The notes under the pieces: model-generated
Database searches by the model: none
What the model saw: the letters and a program-made list of their open reading frames with translations, nothing else
Told to the model about the DNA's origin: nothing
Source of the DNA: Polymyxa betae A26-41
Taxonomy: Eukaryota > Protista > Endomyxa: Phytomyxea
Length of the DNA: 64,000 nt
Reading direction: 5' to 3'
Assembly (NCBI GenBank): GCA_003693705.1
Contig: RBZT01000348.1
Span: forward strand, 62,001 to 126,000
Position numbers and translations under genes: made by a program
Shown here: positions 39,901 through 51,200 of the stretch, piece after piece
How positions within the stretch are numbered: position 1 is the first letter of the stretch
Layout of the letters: the number at the start of each line of letters is the position of its first letter

Positions 39901-42427
39901 CTATTGATGTTGCTGTTTAGAATAATGTTTAAACATCGATGAAAGGCCACTTGTCGCAGTCGATAGGCCCAATGAAGCATCCGCCAGCCATTTGGTTGCT
40001 GAAGTGGCTACTCCGCTCGACAATCCAGAGCGACTCTCGCGTTTACCGATCGATGTTGATGTCGGCGAATAAGTCGGCATACTGCTCACATGAGTTTCTG
40101 AGTCAGCAATGTCGTCGCCGAAATCACGCCTTTTCAACTCACGGACGCCATACAAATTCACTGGGAGCGAAGGCAGCCTTGGGGTATCCCTTGATAGCAA
40201 AGGAGCAATGTTGGCTACCCGGTTTAAAGACTGAGATGGGGTCTTTGAGTTAAGAGAAGGAATTGAGTAAAAAATCGACCCAAATATAACAGAGCAACGA
40301 GCTGACTGGACACGGACGCTTTCTCTCAAAGCTTGGTCCGATGCTGCTAGAACAACTGGTTCGATTAAGCATCTGACCTCTCTTATTGCAGCAGCCGCAT
40401 TTGTAGAAGAGATTGAAGAGATCCCATGTGAAGATAATATGTGAGACGGGACGCCAATCTGGGCGAAAATGAACAAAACGTCAAATAAAAACTGGGACTT
40501 GAAGGGTTGTGACAGTGACTTCACCGATTCCAGATTGTCTCTGATTATAGTGGCAACTTGATCACATATACCAGCACAGATATGAGCATTAATGAAGGCA
40601 TCGAACTCAGCACAATGCAAGGTTTGAATTTCGCGATTAAGGTCGTACAAGAACGACATGGCAAACGGCGACGCATTGCACGGCACTTGAACATCCCCGA
40701 CTGTTGCCCAAGTAGACGAGATTTGATCAGATTTTGGTAGGTTCCATAACTGGACGCTGGACTCGACACGGTCTCGTAACGAAACCGTGATTGATGAAGC
40801 GTTGGCGTTCGTCCATAATTGATAAGCCTTCAAGCGGGTTGCCGAATACCTACTCTGGATTTCATTGAACTTATCGGGATGGATAAGGCTTTTGACACAA
40901 ACAGCACTGGACCAGAACCGCTGGGATATTCTTCCAAATAAAACCGAACGATTGACGTTCTCACTTTCCAAAACACGCTGTTCTAGGACACCAGCAATCT
41001 TTGACAAAGCGTCCAAACAGCTTTGTTCAATATCATTGCGGACGGTAACTGTCATCAAATCCACGAGGTCCGCGACTTTGAAAGAACTCGCAACTGAGCT
41101 GTCTAATAATGCATGTGACGTTTGTGACAGCGAACGCAAAGAAACGTTGAATCGCTCTCCGATGCTTTCAACCAGAATCAAATAAGGGTCAGAGGTATTC
41201 TGGTTCATATCCGTAATTTGTCTCCAGAATGTGCTATTTCGGCGATGACGAGTTGCAACCTGCTGTGCACTAGTATTGCAGACCTTGTCTATAGATGGTT
41301 CAAGTTCTACAAGGTGCGCGATCAGCTGATCTGGCAATCTGTCAAACATATGCAGAGCGTGATGAAGTAATGCATTCTTCAGGGGCTCATAGAAAATAGA
41401 TTGCCAAATTTGATGGATATCAGAACCGAGACAGTATGTTACAGCAAAAGGCCATGAATTGGTTCCATACTGGAACAGTACATTGAGAATTTGGTCGCGA
41501 ACGCTCGCCAACTTGTCTCCGCTATAAGCCAAAAGAACAGCCGAGTAATCTTGAAGTATGAGATCACGAATGGAATCTTGAAACCAGATGCTGACAGATT
41601 CATTGATAGCATCCTGACCAAGAAGCGCAATCTTCCCAGGTTCACCGAGCCAATTATAGCACTCCGATAGTGTCAACCGCAACGTGTAAGCGAAACGATC
41701 ATGCTCATCGCCAGATGCAATTAGCTGCTGCATGCCCTTCAAGCGACAATCAAGAAAGCTATGAAGCGCCTCTCTCCAGTCCAGACCTTCGATCGCAACG
41801 ATAGCCCTCAAAGCATCTTCATCACGAAGAGGTTCGTTGGCCTCGATCAAACGGTCACAGCATAACTGCTTGAGCTGACGGGGTAAGTCATGCACCAATT
41901 CCGATTGCTCGACCCAGAATGGATCTGTACGGTTATCGAGCTGTTCAAGAGCCCGAAGTCCTTTAAAATATTCCTCGACACTGTGCTGAAGCCTTCCAGC
42001 ATCCATTCCTTCCCAAACACGCTCAGCTGTAAATAAGGCAGTCACCTGGTCTTGCTTCGATTGATGAAGACGATCGCGGTTCTGTTCTTCAGATTTGGCT
42101 TTTTCTATAGCAGCGGATTTCGCATTCGAAACGATGTTGTCAATATCATCAAATAATAAACGTAGATCGTGTATCTCTTGAACTGCAGAATCTAGCTCGA
42201 GTTTCATATCGCAAATTGAGTCAGTTGTATGCAGAAGATCCCGAAATTTATCCCCGATTAAACAACGCAGCTCTTCCACCTATTTGCATATTTTCAGTCA
42301 ATGCAGTACTAGCATATCATAGATCAACCTTAGCTGCAGCATCTGAATGGAGTCTTCGCTGAACCTGACGGATATCTTCCAAAGACGATTGTTTCCACAA
42401 TTGATCATAGTTCCCGCCTGGCGACAT
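39901..42427 (-). CDS. COG1: Conserved oligomeric Golgi complex subunit 1 (Vps51-like N-terminus)
   Basis: Exon 1 LWKQSSLEDIRQVQRRLHSDAAAK spliced to EELRCLIGDKFRDLLHTTDSICDM, matching the COG1 N-terminal pattern EELRxxVGxxYRDLIxxADxIxxM. 792-codon second exon. Confidence 0.75.
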
Positions 42428-42860
42428 TGGAAGAACAGCCATCACTTAGCTGTAGTTGGTTATCTCTGGAAGAAATCTCCAACGACGAGTTCCCACAAAT
42501 GAGGTCGGACTCGGAAATCTGCCTCTACCACGCCAAGGATGAGGGAGAAGGGCGAGGTGGCCGCGCACATCCTATACAATTCTCACTGAAGTTTGTTACA
42601 AGACGAGATGATAAGTTGAGTGATAACTGATGATCAGTCCATATGGAAGGGCATCTCACTCATTTCAGAGTGAGAGCTATACAGTAACAATTGAGTTCCC
42701 ACATCTCCAGTGGGTCTCAATGCCCAGGGCGCTGACGCCACTGCAAAAGGGAAAGAAAGCACGTTACAATGCAGTGATCATTGACCGAATGACAGTTTAT
42801 ACAGTGAGGGGGCAACTGACAGTAGCCTTATTGTCATCCCCTAAATCACCTCTATTTTGC

Positions 42861-44778
42861 TCATTTATACATAAACATTCGTGGCGATGTGCTCTCCTCT
42901 CTCTCTGTCTCCTTCAGAGCATACCAGTATTCCCGAGCGATGGATAACGGGCCGTTCACCGTCTCGGGACCGAACCGGTACTCGGTCTCTAAAGACGCCG
43001 GTGTTTTCTTTAGGCTTAGAGAAGGCATACGAGGACCAATTGACTTCCCATTCAGCAGATGTGTGACATTCATCGTGTACATGAACAACTTTCCATTGAC
43101 CGCCTTGTCATACAGAGGCAGGATGCTATGTCCCTTGCTCTCCTAAACTACATGAGCCAGCAAGTTCTCAGTAAACAAGCACCTACACGGGCAGCTTCGA
43201 ATTTCATGCACTCCTCATAACGGGTTTTCAATGCACCTAACGATGTATCCTCGGGAAACTCAACATTAAATTCATCTAGGAGTCGCTGCCTGAGTTCATC
43301 GGAAGTCATATCATCGATTACTGGAGGGTCCAGTTCGACAAAAATCTGCAGATGACCTGGGAACAAGACAGTCAGAGATTGTTATGAAATCCTTCAGCCG
43401 CAATGCACCGATCGATTTCTGAGGAGCTCGAAGAGTAATTTTTAAGGCCGATTCGGAGTGAAAATCATTGACGATTTCGCAGAGAATCCTTTCCAGCAAT
43501 TTGACGCTGATATCAAATAGCTTGTCAGCCGTTTTCGAGTCGCCCACCAGAATATCATCCATTCGAGTCAGTGGCAGATACTCGAATCTGTTCGAATATC
43601 TAAGATCATCAAAAGGATGGCTTTCTTTACATTTACCCGAAGAATTGTTCGGTGTTATGATAGGCAACGAAAACGCCATGCATTCGACCCAGCCGAACCT
43701 ATATGAGCTATAGCAAGCGAGCCATGAAATTCCAATCAACTGACTTGGAATGAGTATTTCAGCATTACAGTCCTTGAGAGGTCGTACAGCTCCCGCTCAA
43801 ATGAATTCAGTTCGCCTCTCAAAGACGACAACTCGTACCGTAGGTGCTGTTCGTACGTAGCCAGATTATGCCGAATAGCGAGAACAGCCCGAGTTTTCAA
43901 GTCGAATGTTTGATTCGGCATTGGTAAATCAGGGTCGGAACAGTCCAATTGCGAACGGATCATGAACCTGCCGATCTTCGTGAAAGCGAACGCCTCCGGG
44001 CGCGATATCAACGACTGATCAGTGGGTCGCGATATGAGACTTTTTAGCACCAATCGGACGTAATCCTCATGGGCCAGAGTCAATTTATGCTCCAGCGATT
44101 TACCGAGGTCCATGAGGATACGACTGGCGGCCGAATTTGGTGACGAATCGCTGTCCATCAGCCAGAGATTGGACTCCTTCTGGTGCAGTATGATCGCAGC
44201 CGGGTTTCGAGCGCTTTGCGTCAGCGTCTTCGGCATGGTCCGAAACGATTCTGATAAATGCGACGTATTTACAGGGCGATGACCGCTAACAGCAAAGTAT
44301 ACATTCGACAGCGCCGATGTCATCGAAGACTTCATACAGAATATTTCAGCCATTACGTCACAAGGGAAATTATCGAGAAAGAGAGCTAACCGTTGAGCAT
44401 GCCAGGCGGCATTGGTATTCGTTGGCGTATTCCATTAACCGAGGGTCACAGGAAGATTTCACGAACGATGGCAGCGCGGCGAAATCGACCTTCGATACAT
44501 GCTCGATGGATTTCAAATGCGAGGGTATATCCAGGAGCTGAACCGTCTGCGGGCCTTTCGCCTTCAAAACGCAGCGGACTTCATCGACCAATTGAGGTGT
44601 CTCCACCGACCCAGAACAATCAATACGTTTGTATATTGTCGGGGTCAAGATGCGACGATACGATCCAGGCGACAGCATCGGTCCCGGACAGCGATGATAC
44701 AGGGCGGAGCCCTGAACGCAATATTACCCTCCTGCGTGCGCAAATGCGGGCATTGACACAAGAAACATTCCAAGCCAT
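42861..44778 (-). CDS. PET127: Mitochondrial RNA 5'-3' exonuclease Pet127-like, multi-exon
   Basis: SSMTSALSNVYF, FMIRSQLDCSDPDLP..TFDLKTRAVLAIR, SFERELYDLSRTVMLKYSFQ|VRLGRMHGVFVAYHNTEQFFG; Arg-rich N-terminus. Ends approximate. Confidence 0.85.
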
Positions 44779-45031
44779 TTGAAACAGGCCAGCATCAGTT
44801 CAGGGTGCACAGCAAACAGTACGAAGAGTTGCTTCAAACAGAAAAGAATTGCATTGGATGACAAGTAGCTTGGTAGAAAGAGAATTCAGACTCCCGAAGG
44901 AAACTGATCATGACGCAGACCAAGGGGTAAGCAGTGCTTGCAAAGCGAAAGAAAGAGGAGTCTCAAAACCCTGTTTCGCTGCCGCAAGAATAAAAAAAGC
45001 AAGCAGCCCAATGATCAACACGATTGATGAT

Positions 45032-46672
45032 TTATATAGGAAAGGCCCAGTTTTGAGTGATAGAATCTGGGAACAACGACATTGGTGGCACTGTGGTCAT
45101 CTCGACCTTCCTGCGCTTTGTCCTGTATTTCGATAGCAACTACGCAACAGATATCGTCAGGGCATCCAGCAACCGCACGAAACGCATTTCCACTCACCGA
45201 TTTATAGGTAAACGATGAGTACAGATTCAAGTCGAAGTCGACAGTTGGCAACGTTTCCATTTCAATGCAGGAAGCCAGCTTGGAGACCTCCGGACAGAAA
45301 TGCGACTTGAGAGTGACGATTTCCCATAAACTGCTCTCCAGCGCTTGCGATTTCTTCGGATCGGTCTCGGATTCTACGAACGGATCGGCCCTGCCCACAG
45401 CCTGATCAAGCGCCTGCAAAGCTGGTGTTAGATTGCCAAGAATGGTATGGTTGCAGCGGTTACCGATGGACGATCGATCAGAACGCGACAGGACGGAAAC
45501 CGGCGCAGCAGATTGAAGACGATGGCCAGGCAGAACAAAGCGCCAGACGGCGGCGATGTAATCGCTAGTCGGGCGAACTTTTTGATGAAGGCGGCAACCA
45601 GATATGACGGCAAGTAGCTGGATCGCATGAACTTCCAGATCAAGGTCAGGAACCGCTCCCGGTAATTCGCATGAAAAATGGACGGCTTCAGCGAAGCGTA
45701 CAGGTCATCGTAAAATCCCGGATAGTCGAGGTTATGCTGGGCGATCAGAATGAACAGGCCCTCCAGGGCCAGCATGGTCGCGATTCCGCCGTTCTTATAA
45801 GAATCCATCAGGAAATCGCAGAGGACCAGCGGCTGACGGAAACTCGGCAGAATCGTCATCTTGACGTTAGCCAGTATGATGCGATGCAGGTCGCGAGGCA
45901 GGTCGGCGTCGCGCAGGATCTCCATCCAGGCCCGGTTCAGGGCGCGCGAATGCGATTTAGCTCGCGACGCCTTCCCGTGCTTGTCTGCCGGAGACAGGTA
46001 TTTGCCAACCAGCGCCTGCTCCTCTTTGCCGATCGGGATCTCGACCTGGACCAGGATTAGGATCGCGTTCTCGAACAGGTGGTGAAGGACGTCATCGTCA
46101 GCATCGTTAAATTCGGACACCGATGCCAATGTCAGGTCGACGTCTTCGAACGCCTCCTGCAACGCCTTCAGCGTCCAGAACTGGATGTCGTCATACACGC
46201 CCAGGTAATGCGTCACGAAATGGACGCGGGCTGCTTTGCCAACGTGGTGGTTGGCGATCAGCGACATGACGACTAGTTTCAGCGTCTGGAATGGGAATTC
46301 GTAGTTATGTTCAGCGCCGACCTGGCAACGGACGGCGACCAGATCCAGCAGCGAATCGATAGCGACAATTTGGAGGCCTTCATCGGTGCCGTGAAGGCAG
46401 CGACGCAAAAGTGTCACAAAAAAGTCGAGTTTTGGCTCAAGCCATGGCAAGAATTTGTTGTCGGGCCTCGGATCGAGGAACAGGCCGTACTCGCTCGCGA
46501 ACGAAAACAGGATCCGACGCAGCGATTGGATGGCGGCCAGTGTGATCGTGAAAGAGTCCAGGTGCTTTTCGAGCAGAGACAGCAATGTGACGACATCGTC
46601 GGCCTGGCTGATATCGTCGTGAATCTGGCCTTCCAGGCGCCGGATCTCCAGCACGACTTCGTCCGGCGCCAT
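45032..46672 (-). CDS. NOC4: Nucleolar complex protein 4 (CBF/Mak21 domain)
   Basis: LALEGLFILIAQHNLDYPGFYDDLY, SSYLPSYLVAAFIKKFARLAITSPPSG, NLLRRFPSC, DPKKSQALESSLWEI. Likely start is MAPDEVV at 46672. Confidence 0.9.
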
Positions 46673-47040
46673 TTCTGACCGGAACTTTCGAAAAGACGGG
46701 GAAACTGCAATATTCCGTACGGAGTCCGAGAATCTTTTTTTATTCCTTTCTAAAAATGTTTGCCGAATTTTGTTAATGACATCAAGTTGCTTTGCTGACA
46801 TCGTTATGCACGACAGATGTCAGTATATTTTCACAAAAAACATTGTGATCCTTTATACCTTCTTAAAACGAATGGCGATCGGCAAGACAAGCGAGCTGTT
46901 AACTAGAATTTACAAATCTGTGAGAGCGAATCATAAACTGCTATCTCAATGTCAAAGGGCGCCATTCAGAAGGACAAAACACTTTATTGTGCATAAAATT
47001 TGTAAATCTATAGCACTGATGAGAATCAGGTCACGATTGC

Positions 47041-47711
47041 CTATGACAGCGACACCATCCATTCGGCAACTTTCGGGTTTTTGATCACATTCTTATACAA
47101 GTCATTGAGATTTTCATGACGATCCAAGGCATCTTTTCCAATCGGAGACACCGCTCCTAAAGCATATTAAAACTGTTATCGATATCGTCTTCTCAAAACA
47201 TACCACGCTTGACGGAATCGATCAGACCGAACAAGGACAGATCGGCGATTGTCAGCTGGTCTCCAACAGCGAATCCCTTCGTCTGCTGCCCGGCCAGACG
47301 ATTCAACGTATCGAACAGTTTCGCGAATGTATCGGCGTACACAGCCTCCATCAGCTGTCGGCGTGTCGCCTCATCTAGACCCGGCATCGACACCAACACG
47401 ACCGCGTTATAAAAGGTGTCGACAGCGGCGACAATCTCATCGACTGCCATGACCAGAATGGGGTTGGCCGGAAGCAAATCTCCTATATTACCGACGAATC
47501 GCAGCAGGGCGGACGCCTGCGCGTACAGGGTCCCGTTCACGACCATGAGCGGGCTCTGGCCGAACGGCGCCGTCGTCCGAAACGGCTCCCATTCTTCGGG
47601 CGATAGCCGCTCGTCCTCAAATGGGATATTACTGATGTGCAGGGCGAGACGGATCGGGTTGGCTCGCCCGGTTCTGTCGAAAGTTGTCAGCTTGATGGTT
47701 GGGTATCCCAT
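47041..47711 (-). CDS. Glutathione S-transferase (sigma-like)
   Basis: IKLTTFDRTGRANPIRLAL, IPFEDERL, PFGQSPLM, AQASALLRFVG, FAVGDQLTIADL. One intron near 47202-47156; stop at 47041. Confidence 0.9.
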
Positions 47712-48239
47712 CGGTCTTTGAATTCACCGATTTTATTAGCTCGGCATTAAAGTTGCCCGTACTGGACCGGACCCGGCCCACTGATCGCCCAGTCATTGCC
47801 GATCGATAAGCTTGGGCCAGTCCCGTCCTGCGACAATCGGCAAGATGCAAATCTTGCTTCCCTGAAGGAAGGTACTCACCGTCTTATGGATTACAGCTGC
47901 AGGTGTGATAGATTGTTCTTGGGGTCAGACGAAACGATCTGATGTTCGCCTGACTAGCTGGAGCCATTCGGAGTGGCCGAATCAAGCCCTGACAATTCAA
48001 TGGGCTGGTCAATGAGGAGCCGAGACAGCGACCGACAAAACAGCGCGTGACATGACGGCGACTGGCGCGGCCCTCTCGCTCACTGCGCCTTTCTAACTTA
48101 GCGCGGACGACAGGCCGTAGCGATAATTTCATGGCGAAGCGGCGCCCCTGTGGCAGTGAGTTTTGTGCACATGTGCGGAGCGACTGAGGGCGTGACCTCC
48201 TTCCCTCTTCATGTCCTTTCACCATCATTCTATCAATCC

Positions 48240-51200
48240 ATGCTAGACAACATCACCGAGGTCTGGATCCGGTCCGAGTCGGCGAGCCAGGCGCCGCGAG
48301 GCGCTCGCCCCGATCTGGCCATCGATCGTCGAACGCCTCTTACGCCACAATGGACCGCCTATCTAATTGAGAATGACATCAGGTAGATTCGCCTTGTTCG
48401 CTCGTTATCTGCCAAAAACATTGTATTTAGTGTCACTGTTGAGTGCTCTACAGAACGGGCTTATCAAGACGAGGAATATGACCGATGCGGCTGCCGTATG
48501 GTTGCAACTGGGTCGTGGACATCAGCTCCCAAATCGGCGTTGATTTTGGGCTTACGACTTCCAGAGCCTCTTCCCTCAACGATTTCCCATGCACACGCTT
48601 TTTTTTGTCACGCTTATAAAGGCCAACCAAATTGGCATCGGCGCCTGCTTCCGTTTCTCAAAGGCGATTCCGTTCTGTATGACCTAGAGTATCTTGTAGA
48701 CGAGAACGGGCAGCGTTTAGCCTCTTTCGGCCAGACTGCGGGATCTATTGGACTTGCAACGTAAGGTTTTCTTCGACTTTTTAACACTGTTTTCTTATTC
48801 GCAACACAACAGAGGACTGTTCGCATGGTCTCGTCAAGTCTTGGCAAACAGATTCCCCGGGGTGTCTCTGCCGTCCAATATGTTATCAGGAATGACGATG
48901 AACAGCGTGGAGACATTGCTACGAATGGCTGAGCAATGGACACAGCAGAAACCTCGCTGTCTCGTCATCGGAGCTAATGGCCGATGCGGTCGCGGAGCCG
49001 TCGATTTCGCTGCATCCGCCAATGTCGAAATCGTTTGTTGGACCCGGGCTGATACTGCTCGTGGTGGTCCCTTTCCAGAGTTGCTTGATTTCGATATTGT
49101 CATTAATGCGATTCGCATCGATTCTGGTGATGCGTCGCTCTTCCAACCATGGCTGACCAATGAACTCATTCGAAGAGAGCCCCGACGTCTTTCCGTGATA
49201 GTAGATATCAGCTGCGAGCCGAATTCGATGTTAAACCCATTCCCTCTATACAAGCAGGCGACCTCATTCGAGAGACCGACGTTAACGCTAATCGAGGCTC
49301 ATGATGGACATTCTGCTCTTGATCTGATTGCTATTCCGAACCTGCCGTCTCTACTGCCAGTCGATAGCAGCAACCAGTTCAGCGCTCAGCTAGCGCCCCT
49401 GCTGTTCGACCTTCTCATAGAACGATCTGCAAAGGTCTTGTTGCCAGCCGGTGCTGCTTTCCACGCAGCTGTTTCCCCTCTGGTAATTCCGACTTTATCG
49501 AATAACGCTGCTAGAGTTCCAGCAGCGGATACCGAGGAGATCTCGTTCGATGCGGTTGCACTTGCAGATGGCTTCAACTTTGACAGCCTTCGATCCGCTG
49601 TTGAACAGCAGATCAAGCCTATGTTGAAATCAATCATATCCGGTTTAGAATTCGGTGATAAGAGCGGCGGAGGAAAAGTTGTGCTGCAGGATTACGACTT
49701 TGTAAATCGATGTGATGATATCCGGGACATCCAGCTGGTCTACATGAACTTGATGCGCAACCAGGAGTATGCACTTACTCGAGAACGACCTCTTCATATT
49801 CTCGTATCGCGATCTCATCTATCGGTCGCTGCTCATGGTGCAATTCTTGACCAGATTTCGGTGACGTTGCTGGCCAAGTATCTAGCAGAAGGCGATTTCT
49901 CGTTGACGAAATCAAGTTTGTCGAATTTGCAGTATTGTGATTATGCTCGATGGTTTGCCGAGCGACTGGAGGAATTGAAAACCGGTAACGATCACGATGG
50001 GCTTTTGCTTTTTCGTGATGATCAGCAGTACTGGAAGCAAACACTGCTTGCTGGTGATGGGCAAATTGTCAGCGCCCAGTTGCCAATGGATCTATCGCCT
50101 TCTCCAATGAGCTGGTAAGTCTTATGCAAAGATGGTATTCACAGCGATATAACTTTTCGGCGATCCAGGAAATTCACGACTCAAAAACGCCATACTGTCC
50201 CACTCCTGTCATCAGTGCTGCATTATCCAATGCCTGTGCAGGCTCTGGCAGCATTGTCACTCATCATTTATCGGCGTACGAACGAGCCCGATTTTGTCAT
50301 CGGGACCCGAGCTTCCTTTCGTAATAGGTGATGCCTCTTTTTCTCGGGTTTTGGATGCTTAGAATTCGCAGATATTCACTAAAGCATATTTTTGGGCCTT
50401 TCGAGGATCGGTCCATTCTGAGGCTTTCGCTGGACAAGGACATGACTGTCAAGGCATTGCTGGAGCAATGTATGCGTCAGTGGGAAGGCGTCGCACTACA
50501 TCAAGAACTACCACTGCGCCATCTCAACACTGATTATGCTCATCAAAATATCGAATTCATTGCCGAATCAGAACTTTCTGAACGATTCAATCTCACTGAG
50601 CCGCAGGGCTCCTACCAAATTCGCTTCCGTCTGTGGCCGAATTCGTTTCTAAGTATCGATTATGATCCGGGAACATTCCTTCCTGAATCCATCACTGAAC
50701 TGGCAAATCAAATCTGCTTGATTATTTCCGAACTGAACGAAAGCCTTCATATATCGACTCTGGACGTTAAATTGACGACACGAAGTGCCAGGCACCTTCT
50801 TCCAGACCCGACCCAACCCCTCGATTCTTCTTATCCTGGCCCGATTACTGAAGTTTTTAAAGAAAACTGTTTAAAAACCCCAGAGGCCATCGCCATATCG
50901 TCGGAAGGTATGCAAGAAACCGCTTTGCATCAATGCTTTAACGGCTCTGCTCAGATGTTTCTATAACGTATGGGCGACTATACGAGCATGTTTCATGGTT
51001 AGCTGGACAATTACGATCAGCTGGTATTAGACGTGGTGACATCGTTGCGATATACGGTGACCGCGTCCCGTCTGTTGTTTGGGCTATCATGGGCGTTCTA
51101 TTCTCTGGAGCTGCGTTGTCCATGATGGACCCCCGGTACCCAACCGAACGACTCATTGCATGCTTGGGCATAGCTAAACCGCGAGCTTGGATTGCTGTGA

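Noticed and set aside
45671-46710. Several long ORFs overlapping NOC4
   Set aside because: Expected shadows of a GC-rich coding exon; no recognisable motifs.
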